Assembly (NCBI RefSeq): GCF_009914755.1
Contig: NC_060927.1
Source of the DNA: the human T2T-CHM13v2.0 reference genome, Homo sapiens
Reading direction: 5' to 3' (one strand)
DNA length: 64,000 bases
The notes under the pieces are model-generated. The model was not told the origin of the DNA and searched no databases. It saw only the letters and a list, made by a program, of their open reading frames with translations. The position numbers were made by a program, and so were the translations under genes. Of this stretch, positions 32,046 through 49,869 are shown piece by piece; within the stretch, counting starts at the first letter, position 1, and every line of letters starts with the position of its first letter.

Positions 32046-32264
32046 CTAGCCAAGGGAAGCCATGACAGACTGTACCTGGAGGAAAGGTACACTCTTGCCC
32101 AAATACTGCACTTTTCCCAGTCTTAGCAACCAGCAGACCAGGAGATTTCCTCCCATGCCTGGTTCGGCAGGTCCCACGCCCACAGAGCCTTGCTTACTGA
32201 TAGCACAGCAGTCTGAGATCGGCCAGCAAGGCTGCAGGCTGGAGTGGGGAGGGGCATCTGCCAT
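32046..32264 (-). CDS. L1 ORF0-like antisense ORF (72 aa)
   Basis: MADAPPHSSLQPCWPISDCCAISKQGSVGVGPAEPG resembles the primate L1 ORF0 N-terminus; Kozak gcaATGG. Confidence 0.6.
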   Translation of the reverse strand: MADAPPHSSLQPCWPISDCCAISKQGSVGVGPAEPGMGGNLLVCWLLRLGKVQYLGKSVPFLQVQSVMASLG

Positions 32265-32858
32265 TGCTGAGGCTTGAGTAGGTAAACAAAGTGGCCGGGA
32301 AGCTCAAACTGGGCAGAGCCCACCACAGCTTAGCAAGGCCTACTGCCTCTCTAGACTCCACCTCTGTGGGCAGGGCATAGCTGAACAAAAGGCAGCAGAC
32401 AACTTCTGCAAACTTACATGTCCCTGTCTGATAGCTCTGAAGAGAGCAGTGGTTCTCCCAGCATGGCGTTCGAGCTCTGAGAATGGACAGACTGCCTCCT
32501 CAAGTGGGTTCCTGACCCCAGTGTAGCCGGACTGGGAGACACCTCCCAGTAGGGGCCGACAGACACCTCATACAGGCAGGTGCCCCTCTGGAACGAAGCT
32601 TCCAGAGGAAGGATCAGGCAGCAATATTTGCTGTTCTGCAATATTTGCTGTTCTGCTGCCTCCACTGGTAATACCCAGGCAAACAGCGTCTGGAGTGGAC
32701 CTCCAGCAAATTTCAACAGAACTGCAGCTGAGGAGCCTGTTAGAAGGAAAACTAAAAAACAAAGGAATAGCATCAACATCAACAAAAAGGACAACCACAT
32801 CAAAACCCCATATGTAGGTCACCAACATCAAAGATCAAAGGTAGATAAAACCACAAAG

Positions 32859-33886
32859 ATGGGGGAAACCAGAGCAGAAAAGCTGAAAATTCCAAAAACC
32901 AGAGCACCTCTTCTCCTCCAAAGGATTGCAGCTCCTTGCCAGCAATGGAACAAAACTGGATGGAGAATGAGTTTCACAATTTGACAGAAGTAGGCTTCAG
33001 AAGGTTGGTAATAACAAAGTTCTCCGAGCTAAAGGAGCATGTTCTGACCCATCACAAGGAAGCTAAAAACCTTGAAAAAAAAGGTTAGACAAATGGCTAA
33101 CTAGAATAACCAGTGTAGAGAAGACCTTAAATGACCTGACAGAGCTGAAAACCACAGCGCAAGAACTTCGTGACGCATGCACAAGCTTCAATAGCCAATT
33201 TGATCAAGTGGAACAAAAGATATCAGTGATTGAAGATCAAATTAATGAAATAAAGCAAGAAGACAAGATTAGAGAAAAAAGAGTGAAAAGAAACAAACGA
33301 AGCCTCCAAGAAATATGGGACTATGTGAAAAGATCAAATCTACGTTTGATTGGTGTATCTGAAAGTGATGGGGAGAATGGAACCAAGTTAGAAAACGCTC
33401 TTCAGGATATTATCCAGGAGAACTTCCCCAACCTAGCAAAGCAGGCCAACATTCAAATTCAGGGAATACAGCGAACACCACAAAGATACTCCTTGAGAAG
33501 AGCAACCCCAAGACACATAGTTGTCAGATGCACCAAGGTTGAAATGAAGGAAAAAATGTTAAGGGCAGCCAGAGAGAAAGGTCAGGTTACCTACAAAGGG
33601 AAGCCCATCAGACTAATAGCGGATCTCTCAGCAGAAACCCATCAAGCGAGAAGAGACTGGGAGCCAATATTCAACATTCTTAAAGGAAAGACTTTTCAAC
33701 CCAGAATTTCATATCCAGCCAAACTAAGCTTCATAAGTGAAGGAGAAATAAAATACTTTACAGACAAGCAAATGCTGAGAGATTTCTGTCACCACCAAGC
33801 CTGCCTTACAAGAGCTCCTGAAGGAAGCACTAAACATGGAAAGAAACAACTGGTACCAGCCACTGCAAAAACATGCCAAATTGTAA
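32859..33886 (+). pseudogene. L1 ORF1p, frameshifted
   Basis: ATG at 32859; ORF 33208 carries the coiled-coil end and RRM (SLQEIWDYVKR.NLRLIGV…IIQENFPNLA…QPRISYPAKLSF); frameshifts present. Confidence 0.92.
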
Positions 33887-33949
33887 AGACCATCGATGCT
33901 AGGAAGAAAGTGCATCAACTAACGAGCAAAATAACCAGCTAACATCATA

Positions 33950-37760
<3,811 letters not shown>

Positions 37761-38203
37761 ACAATGAGAACACATGGACACAGGGAGGGGAGCATCACAC
37801 ACTGGGGCCTTTTGGGGGTGGGTGGAGGGCTGCGGGAGGGATAGCATTAGGAGAAATAACTAATGTAAATGATGAGTTGATGGGTGCAGCAAACCAACAT
37901 GGCACATGTATACCTATGTAACAAACCTGCACGTTGTGCACATGTACCCTAGAACTTACAGTATAATAATTAAAAAAGAGCACAAAATGTGTCACACTGG
38001 GATAATATTATATGAGGCACTTGGAATAAAAGCACGTATTGAAGGAGTACAAATAAAATTTCTAATCGTGAAAAAGGAACTTATATGTAAATATGTAAAT
38101 AGATACTGATGAGTAGAAAATTCAACATTAGTTATATTTTATCTATTATTTTTATTTATTTATTGTATATACTGAAGATGTGCAACATGATGCTTTTATA
38201 CAT

Positions 38204-38208
<5 letters not shown>

Positions 38209-38251
<43 letters not shown>
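38209..38251. repeat. (TA)n microsatellite
   Basis: About 21 TA units. Confidence 0.97.
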
Positions 38252-38253
<2 letters not shown>

Positions 38254-39195
38254 CATTAATACAGTCAAGCAAACTACCTGGGAATTGTGTATATTTGGAA
38301 TCTGGTAAATAAAAAGATGTTTAGTGCAATAGAGGAATCTAAGAAGCACCAGGCTAAATCTTTCTGTGAAGTTCCTTTTGTTCCTGAATCACGCTTCTCA
38401 TGTTCTCTTTTGACTGACAGTTCCACCACAAGAGACATCTATGACTGGGATGAAAGGAATCATCTTTGCCAGGAGGGGCTGGCTCTGGGAGGACTCGAGG
38501 GAAAGCCTTGGGGCAGACGCCAGCCGTCAGAGTTCACAGCTGTGGTGATGGCTGCAGCAAGGGGAATTTTACTCATGACTCAGGAGGAGTCAAGGGACAG
38601 TACTGGACGCAGACACAAGGAGGGACACTGAATTCGCAATTTTTTTTTTCTCCCTGTTGTTATCTAAATCCTGGTTTCTCTTTTCCAAATTGATGTTCTT
38701 TGGATTGGCCTCTCAGTTCTTCTTCATTAATAGTATACCAATGATGGATGATGGCTATGAAGCTCTAGAATGCCACTCTGTCTGTTGCAAATCTAAAAGA
38801 AAGTTATTTTACTCACCAAATATAACCATTACTTTGCTGGAAGAGGGTATTCTGGAGGAACTGTGAAAAATTAAATGTGAATGAGGAAAGCTTTTATAGC
38901 TAGACAAGGTGGTGGAAGTGGAGAGGGAAAGGTTTGTAGAATGTAAATGTTTAGTGGTCTACAGTAAGGTTGGCAAAGACTTGATTCCAAAACTCCTCCT
39001 CCCTCCTTCACCTTCAACCTATAAAGGACACCAGTAATCAATGTTCTCATTCTTTTCCACTGAACTCAAAGGAGGTCACACATTCTTGAATACATTTTTC
39101 CAGGCATCATTCCGAATCAACTGGTATTAGATAAAGAGGTAAAATCCAATCGTCATCTTGAGACAAGAAGTCTTCTCACGATCAAAGGTTTTTCT

Positions 39196-39655
39196 TGATC
39201 CAAGGATTCGGGGTCTCACGGGCTTCAAGGAATGAAGTTGTGACCGCAGTGGCGAGTGTTACAGCTCCATTAGAGAAACGCGCGGACCCAAAGAGTGTGA
39301 GGGGGCAAGATTTATTAAAGCAAAAGTGAAAGTAAAGCTTCCACGCGGTGGAAGGAGACCTGGAAGGTTTGCCGTTTCTGGCTTGGGTGTTTTAGGCTTC
39401 TATCCGCTTATGACCCCTCCCCTCTTCCTTTTTCTGTCCTGTAGAATTAGCTTATTTTCTATCCCCTTGTGGGTTGGCGTGCCTGATTGGTTAAAAACAT
39501 CAGCCTGCAGCTAGAGCTTAAACTCCCTATATGATTGGTTGAAGTTTCAATCCCTCAGTTTGCAGCTGTGACTCATTTAGGCTTAGGGGAGAGTCCCCTT
39601 AGGGAAGTACCTGTTGACCCAGGAAGTCCCGGCAACTTAGCCACTTAGTCCCTCA
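39196..39655 (-). mobile_element. ERV1 solo LTR of the ERV9/LTR12-related group
   Basis: TG…CA ends, 4-bp TSD ttct/atct; R/U5 resembles LTR12 (gtgttacagctc, ggacccaaagagtg, aaagcttccac); minus-strand CCAAT boxes and AATAAA. Confidence 0.75.
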
Positions 39656-39765
39656 ATCTGAGGTCTAGATGTCTTCTGTGTTTCATGGAAAATAATGTTC
39701 TTGTTATGTTCTTCAAAAAGACATGTCCTTTGAAGCCACAATGTTGGCTTTTGTTGATATGATAC

Positions 39766-40440
39766 TGATACAGGAGGTAGAAAGAAACCAGGCAGATAGT
39801 GAGTGTAAAAGAGTCCTCTAAAGAGCTTCCCTTTTAACAAAAAGCAGACCTAGAAATTATTTTTGTTTCTAACAAAGAGCAGCCTGAAAACTCGAGCTGC
39901 AAACATGGAGAAGCAAACTGGAAGCTTGCATGGGTGAATGCTGGCAGCTGTGTCAATAAAAAAGGGCTACTTGGGGGTTAGGCATATCCATTATGGAGGC
40001 TCCATCTTCCTTTTTTTTTGTTGTTAACATGTGCACAGTAAAGGAATAGGCAACATGGCTCAGGCCAAGCACAGGACCAGCTTGCATAATAAAAGATTAG
40101 GGTGAGGGTGGTCAGAAATGCGTGCTTTGCACACTTGGTCCTAACCAGTTTTTCAGGCCCTATGCAAATGGCACACCTGGTTCAACCAATCTTTTGCACC
40201 CTATGTAAATCAGACATTGCCACCTCACCAGGTATCTATAAAACCCCCTGCATTTCACCACGGATCCAGCAACCCATTTCTCTGGGACCCCTCTCTCCAG
40301 CAGAGAGCTAGTCTCTTTTTTTTTTTTTAACCTGTTAAACTTCCGCTTTTAACCTCACTCCTTGTGTGTCTGTGTCCTTGATTTCCTAGACTATGAGACA
40401 GTGAACCTCAGGTATCACCCCAGATAATGAGGCTGTTGCA
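39766..40440 (+). mobile_element. LTR9-like ERV1 solo LTR
   Basis: tgatacaggag.tagaaagaaa…ggcagatagtgag…ttttaacaaaaagcag; TG…CA ends; TSD atac/ataa; TATAAAA at 40237. Confidence 0.75.
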
Positions 40441-40613
40441 ATAAATTACTCAATAACATTTATTTTGTATTCTGATTATAAATTTTATTGTGTTCCATGA
40501 GTATGGGATGTAGCCTTCAATAGTTTGTAATGTAGATATATTTATATAGTGCCTCTGGTATTGGAGATGATTAGTAGTGCAGCAAATGCTCCACAGTAAT
40601 TATAGTGATTCTA

Positions 40614-41381
<768 letters not shown>

Positions 41382-41659
41382 GTTTAATAATGTGAAACTT
41401 GTATTTCTAATATAATTATGATATATAGATATACCTTTTTAGTTAATGACATGATGTCTAACATTTACACACAAATAGATATTTGAAATTTCAGTGAGAA
41501 AACTATCTTGGTCACTTAAATATTTTAAATTAAAAAGTTTACTTAATATAAATAATGCATTTCATCATGTAATTATAGTTTAGAGAGATTTCAGAGATTC
41601 TCAATTCCTCCCTAAAAAGTAATGCAGAAATTCCTTGTACAGCATTTCTTATAGATAGT

Positions 41660-42778
41660 CATTGAATTCACGGTTCTCCAGAGAAACAGAACCAATAGAA
41701 TATTTATAATATAGATATTTACATATGTATATAAAAGTGTTACCAGGAAGGAGTCCTGATCCGGACCCCAAGGGAGGGTTCTTTTTCTTGAATCTTACAC
41801 AAGAAATAATTAGAGATGAATCCGTAAAGTGAAAGCAAGTTTATTAAGAAAATAAAGGAATAAAAGCATGGCTACTCCATAGGCAGAGCATAGGCAGAGC
41901 ATACTCCATAGGCAGCAGCCCTCAGGGCTGCTGGTTGACTATTTTATGGTTATTTCTTAGTTATATGCTAAACAAGGGGTGGATTATTCATGAGTTTTCT
42001 GGGAAAGAGATGAGCAATTCCAGGAACTGAAGGTTCCTCACCTTTTAGACCATATAAGGTAACTTCCTGATGTTGCCATGGCATTTGTAAACTGTCATGG
42101 CACTGGAGGGAGTGTCTTTTTGCATGCTAATGTATTATAATTAGTGCATATTGAGCAGTAGGATGACCAGAGGTCATTCTCATGGCCATTTTGGTTTTGG
42201 TGGGATTTGGCCAGCTTCTTTACTGCAAGGTGTTTTATCAGCAAGGTCTTCGTGACCTGTATCTTGTGCTGACCTCCTATTCCATCCTGTGACTAAGGAT
42301 GCCTAACCTCATGGGAATGCAGCCCAGTAGGTCTCAGACTCATTTTACCCAGCCCCTATTCAAGATGGAGTTGCTCTGCTTTAAACACCTCTGACAAAAG
42401 GAGATTTATTATGGGGAATTGGCCCATGAAGGTTGAGAAGTCCCATGACCTGCCATCTGCAACCTGGAAGCAGAAAAGCTGGTGGTGTAATTCAGTTCCA
42501 GGGCAGGGTAAGATGAAATGAAATGCGTCAGTTCAAATAGTGAGGTAGAAAAAAAAGTGTGAAAGGGTGAAATTTCTCCATCCTCTGCCTTTTGTTGTAT
42601 TCAGCCTCTTAACAGACAGAATGATGCTCAGCTACATTGTGGAGGGTCATCTGCTTTACTGAGTTCACTCATTCAAATGCTAATCTCAACGGGAAACACC
42701 CTCCCAGGAATATCCAGAAACCATGTTTAATCTGGGCACCCTGTAGCCCATTCAAATTGACTTACAAAATTTACCACA
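41660..42778 (-). mobile_element. MLT2 LTR interrupted by MER41
   Basis: ggttctccagagaaacagaaccaatag…aaattgacttacaaaatttaccaca. Confidence 0.8.
41738..42396 (-). mobile_element. MER41 solo LTR #1
   Basis: tgttaccagg…gatccggaccccaag.gagggttctt…cagcccagtaggtctcag…cctctgaca; TSD aaag. Confidence 0.9.
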
Positions 42779-43141
42779 TTTTTTAGAAAATATAGGGTAA
42801 GAGTTTCACTATCTCTCTAAGTAGTTCATTTAATTTGGGAGCAAGTATAATTATTAAAAGTTCTTTATTTTTAAAACAAATCTCTGATAGAGTTTATTGG
42901 ACCCTTAAGTACTTTAAAAGTATATATATATATATTTTATTTTTAATAGAGAAGGGATTTGCTAGCAAAACAATTATACTTTTGTTACATCTAACACAAT
43001 TAAAAAGGGAGACATAGATTAAGTAATTGTTGAGAAAATTATGGTTGTTTTGGTTGGATGAATGGTAAATGGGGAACATTATATTCTTTATTTTTTAATT
43101 TGTTTGGAAAGTTTCCCAATAAAATGATGTTTTATTACCAG

Positions 43142-44373
43142 TGTGAAAGGAAAATAAAGTATTACCAGTGTAAAAGGAAAATAAATCTTGGCACCCCCAA
43201 ATCACTAAGCCAAAGTGAAAAATTCTGGAAACTGTGCTGTCGGGCAAACCAGCCTCCCATTCTGTTCCTAAATATAATAGCTACAAAGATTTTTTAAGAA
43301 AGCTACATACCTCCCTCGCAATTTATCCACAAGGAATTTCCTTGTGGACAAAGGACAGACAGAACTCAAAAGTCATCCCTCTGCTCACTGAGATAAATGC
43401 ATATTTTCCTGTGAAAGGAAAATAAATCTAGGGACCCCAAAATCACTAAGTCAAGGGAAAAGTCAAGCTGGGACCTGCATCGGGCAAACCTGGTTCCCAT
43501 TTTATTCCTAAACAAGATAGCTACAGAGGTAAGAAGCTACATAATCCTTCACAATTTGCTCACAAGAAAATTCCTTGTGGACAAAGGACAGACAGAACTC
43601 AGAGTCATCCCTCTGAGGCTCACCTAAGACAGGAGCATTTCTGATTGCTTCCTCTGCCCTATTGCTTATGTAAAACTATAGATTCACTGAGCCAGACTAA
43701 GTCATGTATTCAGTGGAAGGCTGATCAAAGACTCAAAAGAATGCAACCTTTCCTCTCTTACCTACTTCTGACCCAGAAGCCCCCACTTCAAGTTGTCTGG
43801 TCTCACCAGCCTAAACCAATGTTCATCTTACACATATCGATTGATATCTCATGTCTCCCTAAAAATGTATAAAAGCAAGCTGTACCATGACCACCTTGAG
43901 GACATGTCAAGACCTTCTGAGGCTGTATCATGGGCACGTCCTTAACCTTGGCAAAATACACTTGCTAAATTGAGACCTGTCTCAGATATTTTGAGTTCAT
44001 ACTTTCTTTGCCTTATTGCTGCATTAAGCCAGACTAAGGCATAAGTGACTATTCTTGTAAATTGTGTATTCAGTAAAGGCCAATCAGAAATTCAAAAGAA
44101 TGCAACCATTTGTTTCTTACCTACCTATGACTTGGAAGCCCCCTCCCCGCTTCAAGTTGTCCCACTTTTCTGGACTAAACTAATGTATATCTTACATATA
44201 TTAATCGATGTCTCATGTCTCCTAAAAATGTATAAAACCAAGCTATGCCCCGACCACCTTCAGCACATGTCATCAGGACCTCCTGAGGCTGTGTCATGGG
44301 CATGCATCCTTAACTTTGACAAAGTAAACTTCCTAAATTGACTGACACCTGTCTCAGATATTTTGAGTTTACA
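43142..44373 (+). mobile_element. MER4-family LTR containing a second MER4 LTR (43410-44001)
   Basis: Two tgtgaaaggaaaataaa starts and two gtctcagatattttgagtt ends; outer TSD ccag/ctag. Confidence 0.85.
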
Positions 44374-44477
44374 CTAGAAATAGCCATAAGAAAGTGTATA
44401 TATTTCATATAAAACAATCTTTTGTTGAGTGAAAATCTGCCATTTTGTAATTCAAACACATTCCATCCACTCGGAAA

Positions 44478-44628
44478 GTGGTTCTCAAGCTTAATGTGCA
44501 TTGAGGTCACCCGGAGGGCTTATTGTAACAGATTGCTGACTGCCCCCACCTCCCAGGAAATTTGCATTTCTTAGTTCCAGCATTAATATAATGCTACTGT
44601 CTAGGAACTCACTTTGAGAACCACTGGC
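44478..44628. mobile_element. MER5A-like DNA transposon
   Basis: agtggttctcaa…tttgagaaccactg terminal inverted repeats. Confidence 0.8.
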
Positions 44629-45195
44629 TCATGTCGCTCTATGGACAAAAACACTGTGCAAACCCAAGTACCTGAAAAAAAATTACTGAGTGCCATCAGG
44701 GGTAGGTAATGACAAGGCTTGAGGTGATCAAACAAGAAATGAGCAACAAGTCAGGTCTTATTCCATCCGCTCATGCATCCCTTTACATTTCCAAATACAG
44801 ATACACAGGAACTTTACACCACCAGCCCACCTGATGTGAGCTTTTGACTAGGTGTAAGTACAGATTTCATACATGAACTAGTGACTTCTACCATAGGAAA
44901 TGGGAATTGAAAATACTTTTATTGGTATAGTAAAACCCAATTATTCTGGTATCTGAATTCAGCAGGGATAGATACCATAATTGTGGTAGGATGGTAACTC
45001 TTCCTGGATTGACAAGGTTGACATCTCTCTAGGCCCAGTAATATTTTAGCACCTGTATTTGCTATGCACTTTTAGTCCTAGAAACTCATTTACTAGCCTG
45101 GAAGATGTAGATAATAATAAAATTTAGAAATAACATGTACATTTTTAACTTTTCAATTGCTCAAAGATTTGAAGGGCATTTTCTCTTTATGGTAG

Positions 45196-45636
<441 letters not shown>

Positions 45637-45677
45637 CTGAGCTCTTTTTATGTGTAAGATACTGTGTTAGGCATATG

Positions 45678-46266
45678 TGTTACCGGAAAGGGGTCCGATC
45701 CAGACCCCAAAAGAGGGTTCTTGGATTTCATCCAAAAAGTATTTAGGACGAGTCTGTAAAGCGAAAGCAAGTTGATTAAGAAAGTAAAAGAATAAAAGAA
45801 TGGCTACTCCACAGGCAGAGTAGCCCCAAGGACTGCTGGTTGCCCATTTTTGTGGTAATTTCTTGATTATATGCTAAACAAGGGGTGGGTGATTCATAAG
45901 TGTTCCAGGAAAGGGGTGGGCAGTTCCCAGAACTGAGGGTTCCTCCCCTTGTTAGACCATATAGGGTGATTTCCTGATGTTGCTATGGCATCTGTAAACT
46001 GCCATGGTGCTGGTAGGAGTGTAGCAGTGAGGACGGCCTAAGGTCACTCTTGCCACCATCTTGGTTTTGGTGGGTTTAGCTGGCTTCTTTACTACAACCT
46101 GTTTTTATCAGCGAGGTCTTTATGAACTATATCTTGTACCAACCTTCTGTCTCATCCTGTGACTTAGAATGTCTAACCTCCTGGGAATGCAGCCCAGTAG
46201 GTCTCAGCCTTATTTTACCCAGCCCCTGCTCAAAAGGGAGCTGCTCTGGTTCAAATGCCTCTGACA
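45678..46266 (-). mobile_element. MER41B-like solo LTR #2
   Basis: tgttaccggaaaggggtcc…cctctgaca; TSD tatg; tandem GAS motifs. Confidence 0.9.
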
Positions 46267-47082
46267 TATGCAGTATGTATGCAAACACAAAGAGATATGG
46301 TGCTTTTCACCTGGTACCAGTTAGTAAGCAAGACATAATATGTATATAAGTAGCTTCAGATTACTTTCCATACCCAGAGAGTTCCGTAAAAGATTCTGGT
46401 TACTGAATTTAAAAGTACTCAACATCTGAAAATAAAGCTTTTGGATATTCTCAAATCTACATCCTCATTTCTTTCCTGTCACACCTAAGCTTCTGGAAGG
46501 TGTACTCAGTATTTGTTTCCTTTTCTTCCTTACCTCCTGTTTACTTCTCAACTTACTGCAATTTGGCTTCTGTTCCAACACCTCCACTGAAAATTCTTCC
46601 CAACAAGGTTATTAGTGAACATTTTAACTGAAAATTAAAAAAATAAACTTTAGAGAATTTTATATTTCTAAATTTTTGCTAACTTGGTAGGGTTGGCAGA
46701 TTTTCTCAAAACTTTTCATTTCTTTGAAGTCAATGGCACCTTACTCTCCTACTTCCTTCATTCTAAAGTAACTATGGTGAGTAATGGCAGTAACCTAATC
46801 TGTTGAAACTATTTTATTTTTATATCACTGAAAGTTTAGTACAGTACAGGTTTGATGTCCTCCAGGAGAAATTAGGACAGTCGGCAATGAGACTTAAAGA
46901 GAAAATGAATTCTGGTTGTTTTCTTTATGTAGATATTTTAAAAAGACATTCCGGGAAAGAAAAAATGAGGAGAATGTAGGAGGATTTACATGCTAAAGGA
47001 GCTTACAGTCTTTTGGATAATATGTAATCAAATAACCATACGATTAGGAAATTTAAAGTACATTCTGTAAAAGAAGTAGCAA

Positions 47083-47325
47083 TACTCTGGGGATGCTAAG
47101 GTGGGGAGATTGTTTGAGCCCAGGAGTTCAAGACCAGCGTGGGCAATATGGTGAAACCCTGTCTCTACAAAAATAAAAAAATTAACTGGATGTACCTGTA
47201 GTCTCAGCTACTCAAAAGGTTGAGGTGGGAGGATCACTTGAGTCCAGGAGGTTGAGGCTGCAGTGAGCTATGATGGTAATGCTGCAGTCCAGCCTGGGCG
47301 ACAGAGCAAAACCCTGTCTCTATTA

Positions 47326-47375
<50 letters not shown>
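47083..47375 (+). mobile_element. AluJ-like with a 49-nt pure A tail
   Basis: Diverged body; A run at 47327-47375. Confidence 0.9.
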
Positions 47376-47378
<3 letters not shown>

Positions 47379-48044
47379 AGTGCTATTTAGGTTTTCTTTT
47401 CTGCAAATATGACCAACAAGACATTTAAAATCCTTTACTCTTTCAAGAGTATTGATTTATCTTTATGCATGTTATAATTTAAGAATGGTCTCAAAAATAA
47501 ATGGAACTTAAAATTTCTAGAACATAAAAGAAAAGAGGAAATATGAAATTAACAGAAAATGGGGTTAAAATTCATGAAGGAAGTGGGAAGTAAATTGTCA
47601 GAAAGCACAAAGTAAATTGTTAGCAATAAGTTTAAATATATTGTTAGTTATGATAAGATAAATAGACTGAATTTCAAGTTAACATAAAGAGATTGTCAGA
47701 CTTAATAGAAAAAATTTTAGCTGTTAGTACCACTCATGATCCGTATGAAAAAAAAATAACATCTCAACTCCTATAGCAAACACTTCAATATATATGGTTT
47801 AACAAACTAAATGTGAAAAATAAAATTTTTAGTCTCTTAGAAGAAAATAAAGGAGTAAATAAAAGACAAGAAATATAAGTATTTTTAAAATTAGGCAAAA
47901 CAGCATAATCACAAGAAAAATCAGCATTTTAAAAATTAGACAAAGAAGCATAAATCAAAAGGGAAATATTGTTAAATTTACAACACATGTGTAAAATGAT
48001 TCAATTTGTATGAAGGATAATTAGACACTCAATAAATATTAACT

Positions 48045-48811
<767 letters not shown>

Positions 48812-48829
48812 GCAATAATAGTATTATTT

Positions 48830-49850
48830 AAAAAAATTGTATGTATCTGAAGAAAACATAATAAAATAATTACAAAGATAAGCCAAGATTAAATGAAGAT
48901 ATTTGAAAGTATAAAAGTGATAGCATCCAGAACTTTAAAAACCTCTTAAAATATATGTAAGAAAAAGACAACACAATGGAAAAGTTGGTAAAATATAAGA
49001 ACAAGAGTATATAGAAGAAGAAAGAAGTGACTAATAAGCTCCTTTGACTATATATATAATCTGTAAAGTATAAATTAAAACTACAGTGAGAAACAAGTTG
49101 TATCACTCAGATAAACAAAAATTCAGAAGCCAGGAAAATACCAAGTTTTGGTGAAAAAGGGAAGCAATGGGAACAGTTTTCTGATGTTAGAAATGAATAC
49201 TGAAAGACATCTTACAACTCAGTAATTTATCATCTAGTTATATAAACTCAGAAAAAACTCTGGAATGATGCACAAAGAAATAATTTTAGTGATATTGTTT
49301 GTAATAGAAAAAAGCGGAAGTAATTGAAATATCCATCAACAAAGTTTCTCTGTGTAGTTGTGTATAAGAAGTATGAAGAGGAATTTGTGTAGCAAATAAA
49401 GAATTTAAATTGTATACTATGACAGTGGAATACTCTCTATTAGTAAAAATAAAAGAGTTAGGATTACATGTATCAGCAAGGTTTAATGTTGAGTTAATCA
49501 TCTCCCTGCCCCATCCCTCCTAAAATCCTCCTAAGCTGTAAGGTAACATAGATAACATGACATCATTTCAACAAGTTAAAAAAATTATATTTATAATTTT
49601 TATTATTTATAAATTTTATTTTTTAAATTTATAAATTAAAAATAATATATTAAAATATATTATTTAGGGTATATATGTAAACAGCAAAATTATAAAGAAT
49701 TCACATGAATGGAAAATATCAAAATTATGGTCATGTTTACCTCTATGAAAGAGGGAGAGAAATTATTTTGGGGAAGGGTACACTGAGATCCCCAACTATG
49801 TTTTAAATTCTTTATTTGTTAGTTATATTCCACTCTGTAAAATATTTCAA
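48830..49850 (+). mobile_element. Old L1M fragments
   Basis: Degenerate L1 ORF2 3' and 3' UTR motifs. Confidence 0.55.
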
Positions 49851-49869
49851 AATATGTTTTATTAGTGAC

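Noticed and set aside
32621-32655. Tandem gcaatatttgctgttct in the L1 5' UTR
   Set aside because: As I recall, this is a consensus feature of this L1PA age class rather than a locus-specific event
38287-38631. 114-aa ORF in unique sequence
   Set aside because: Non-ATG start, no recognisable homology or exon structure; the length is compatible with chance
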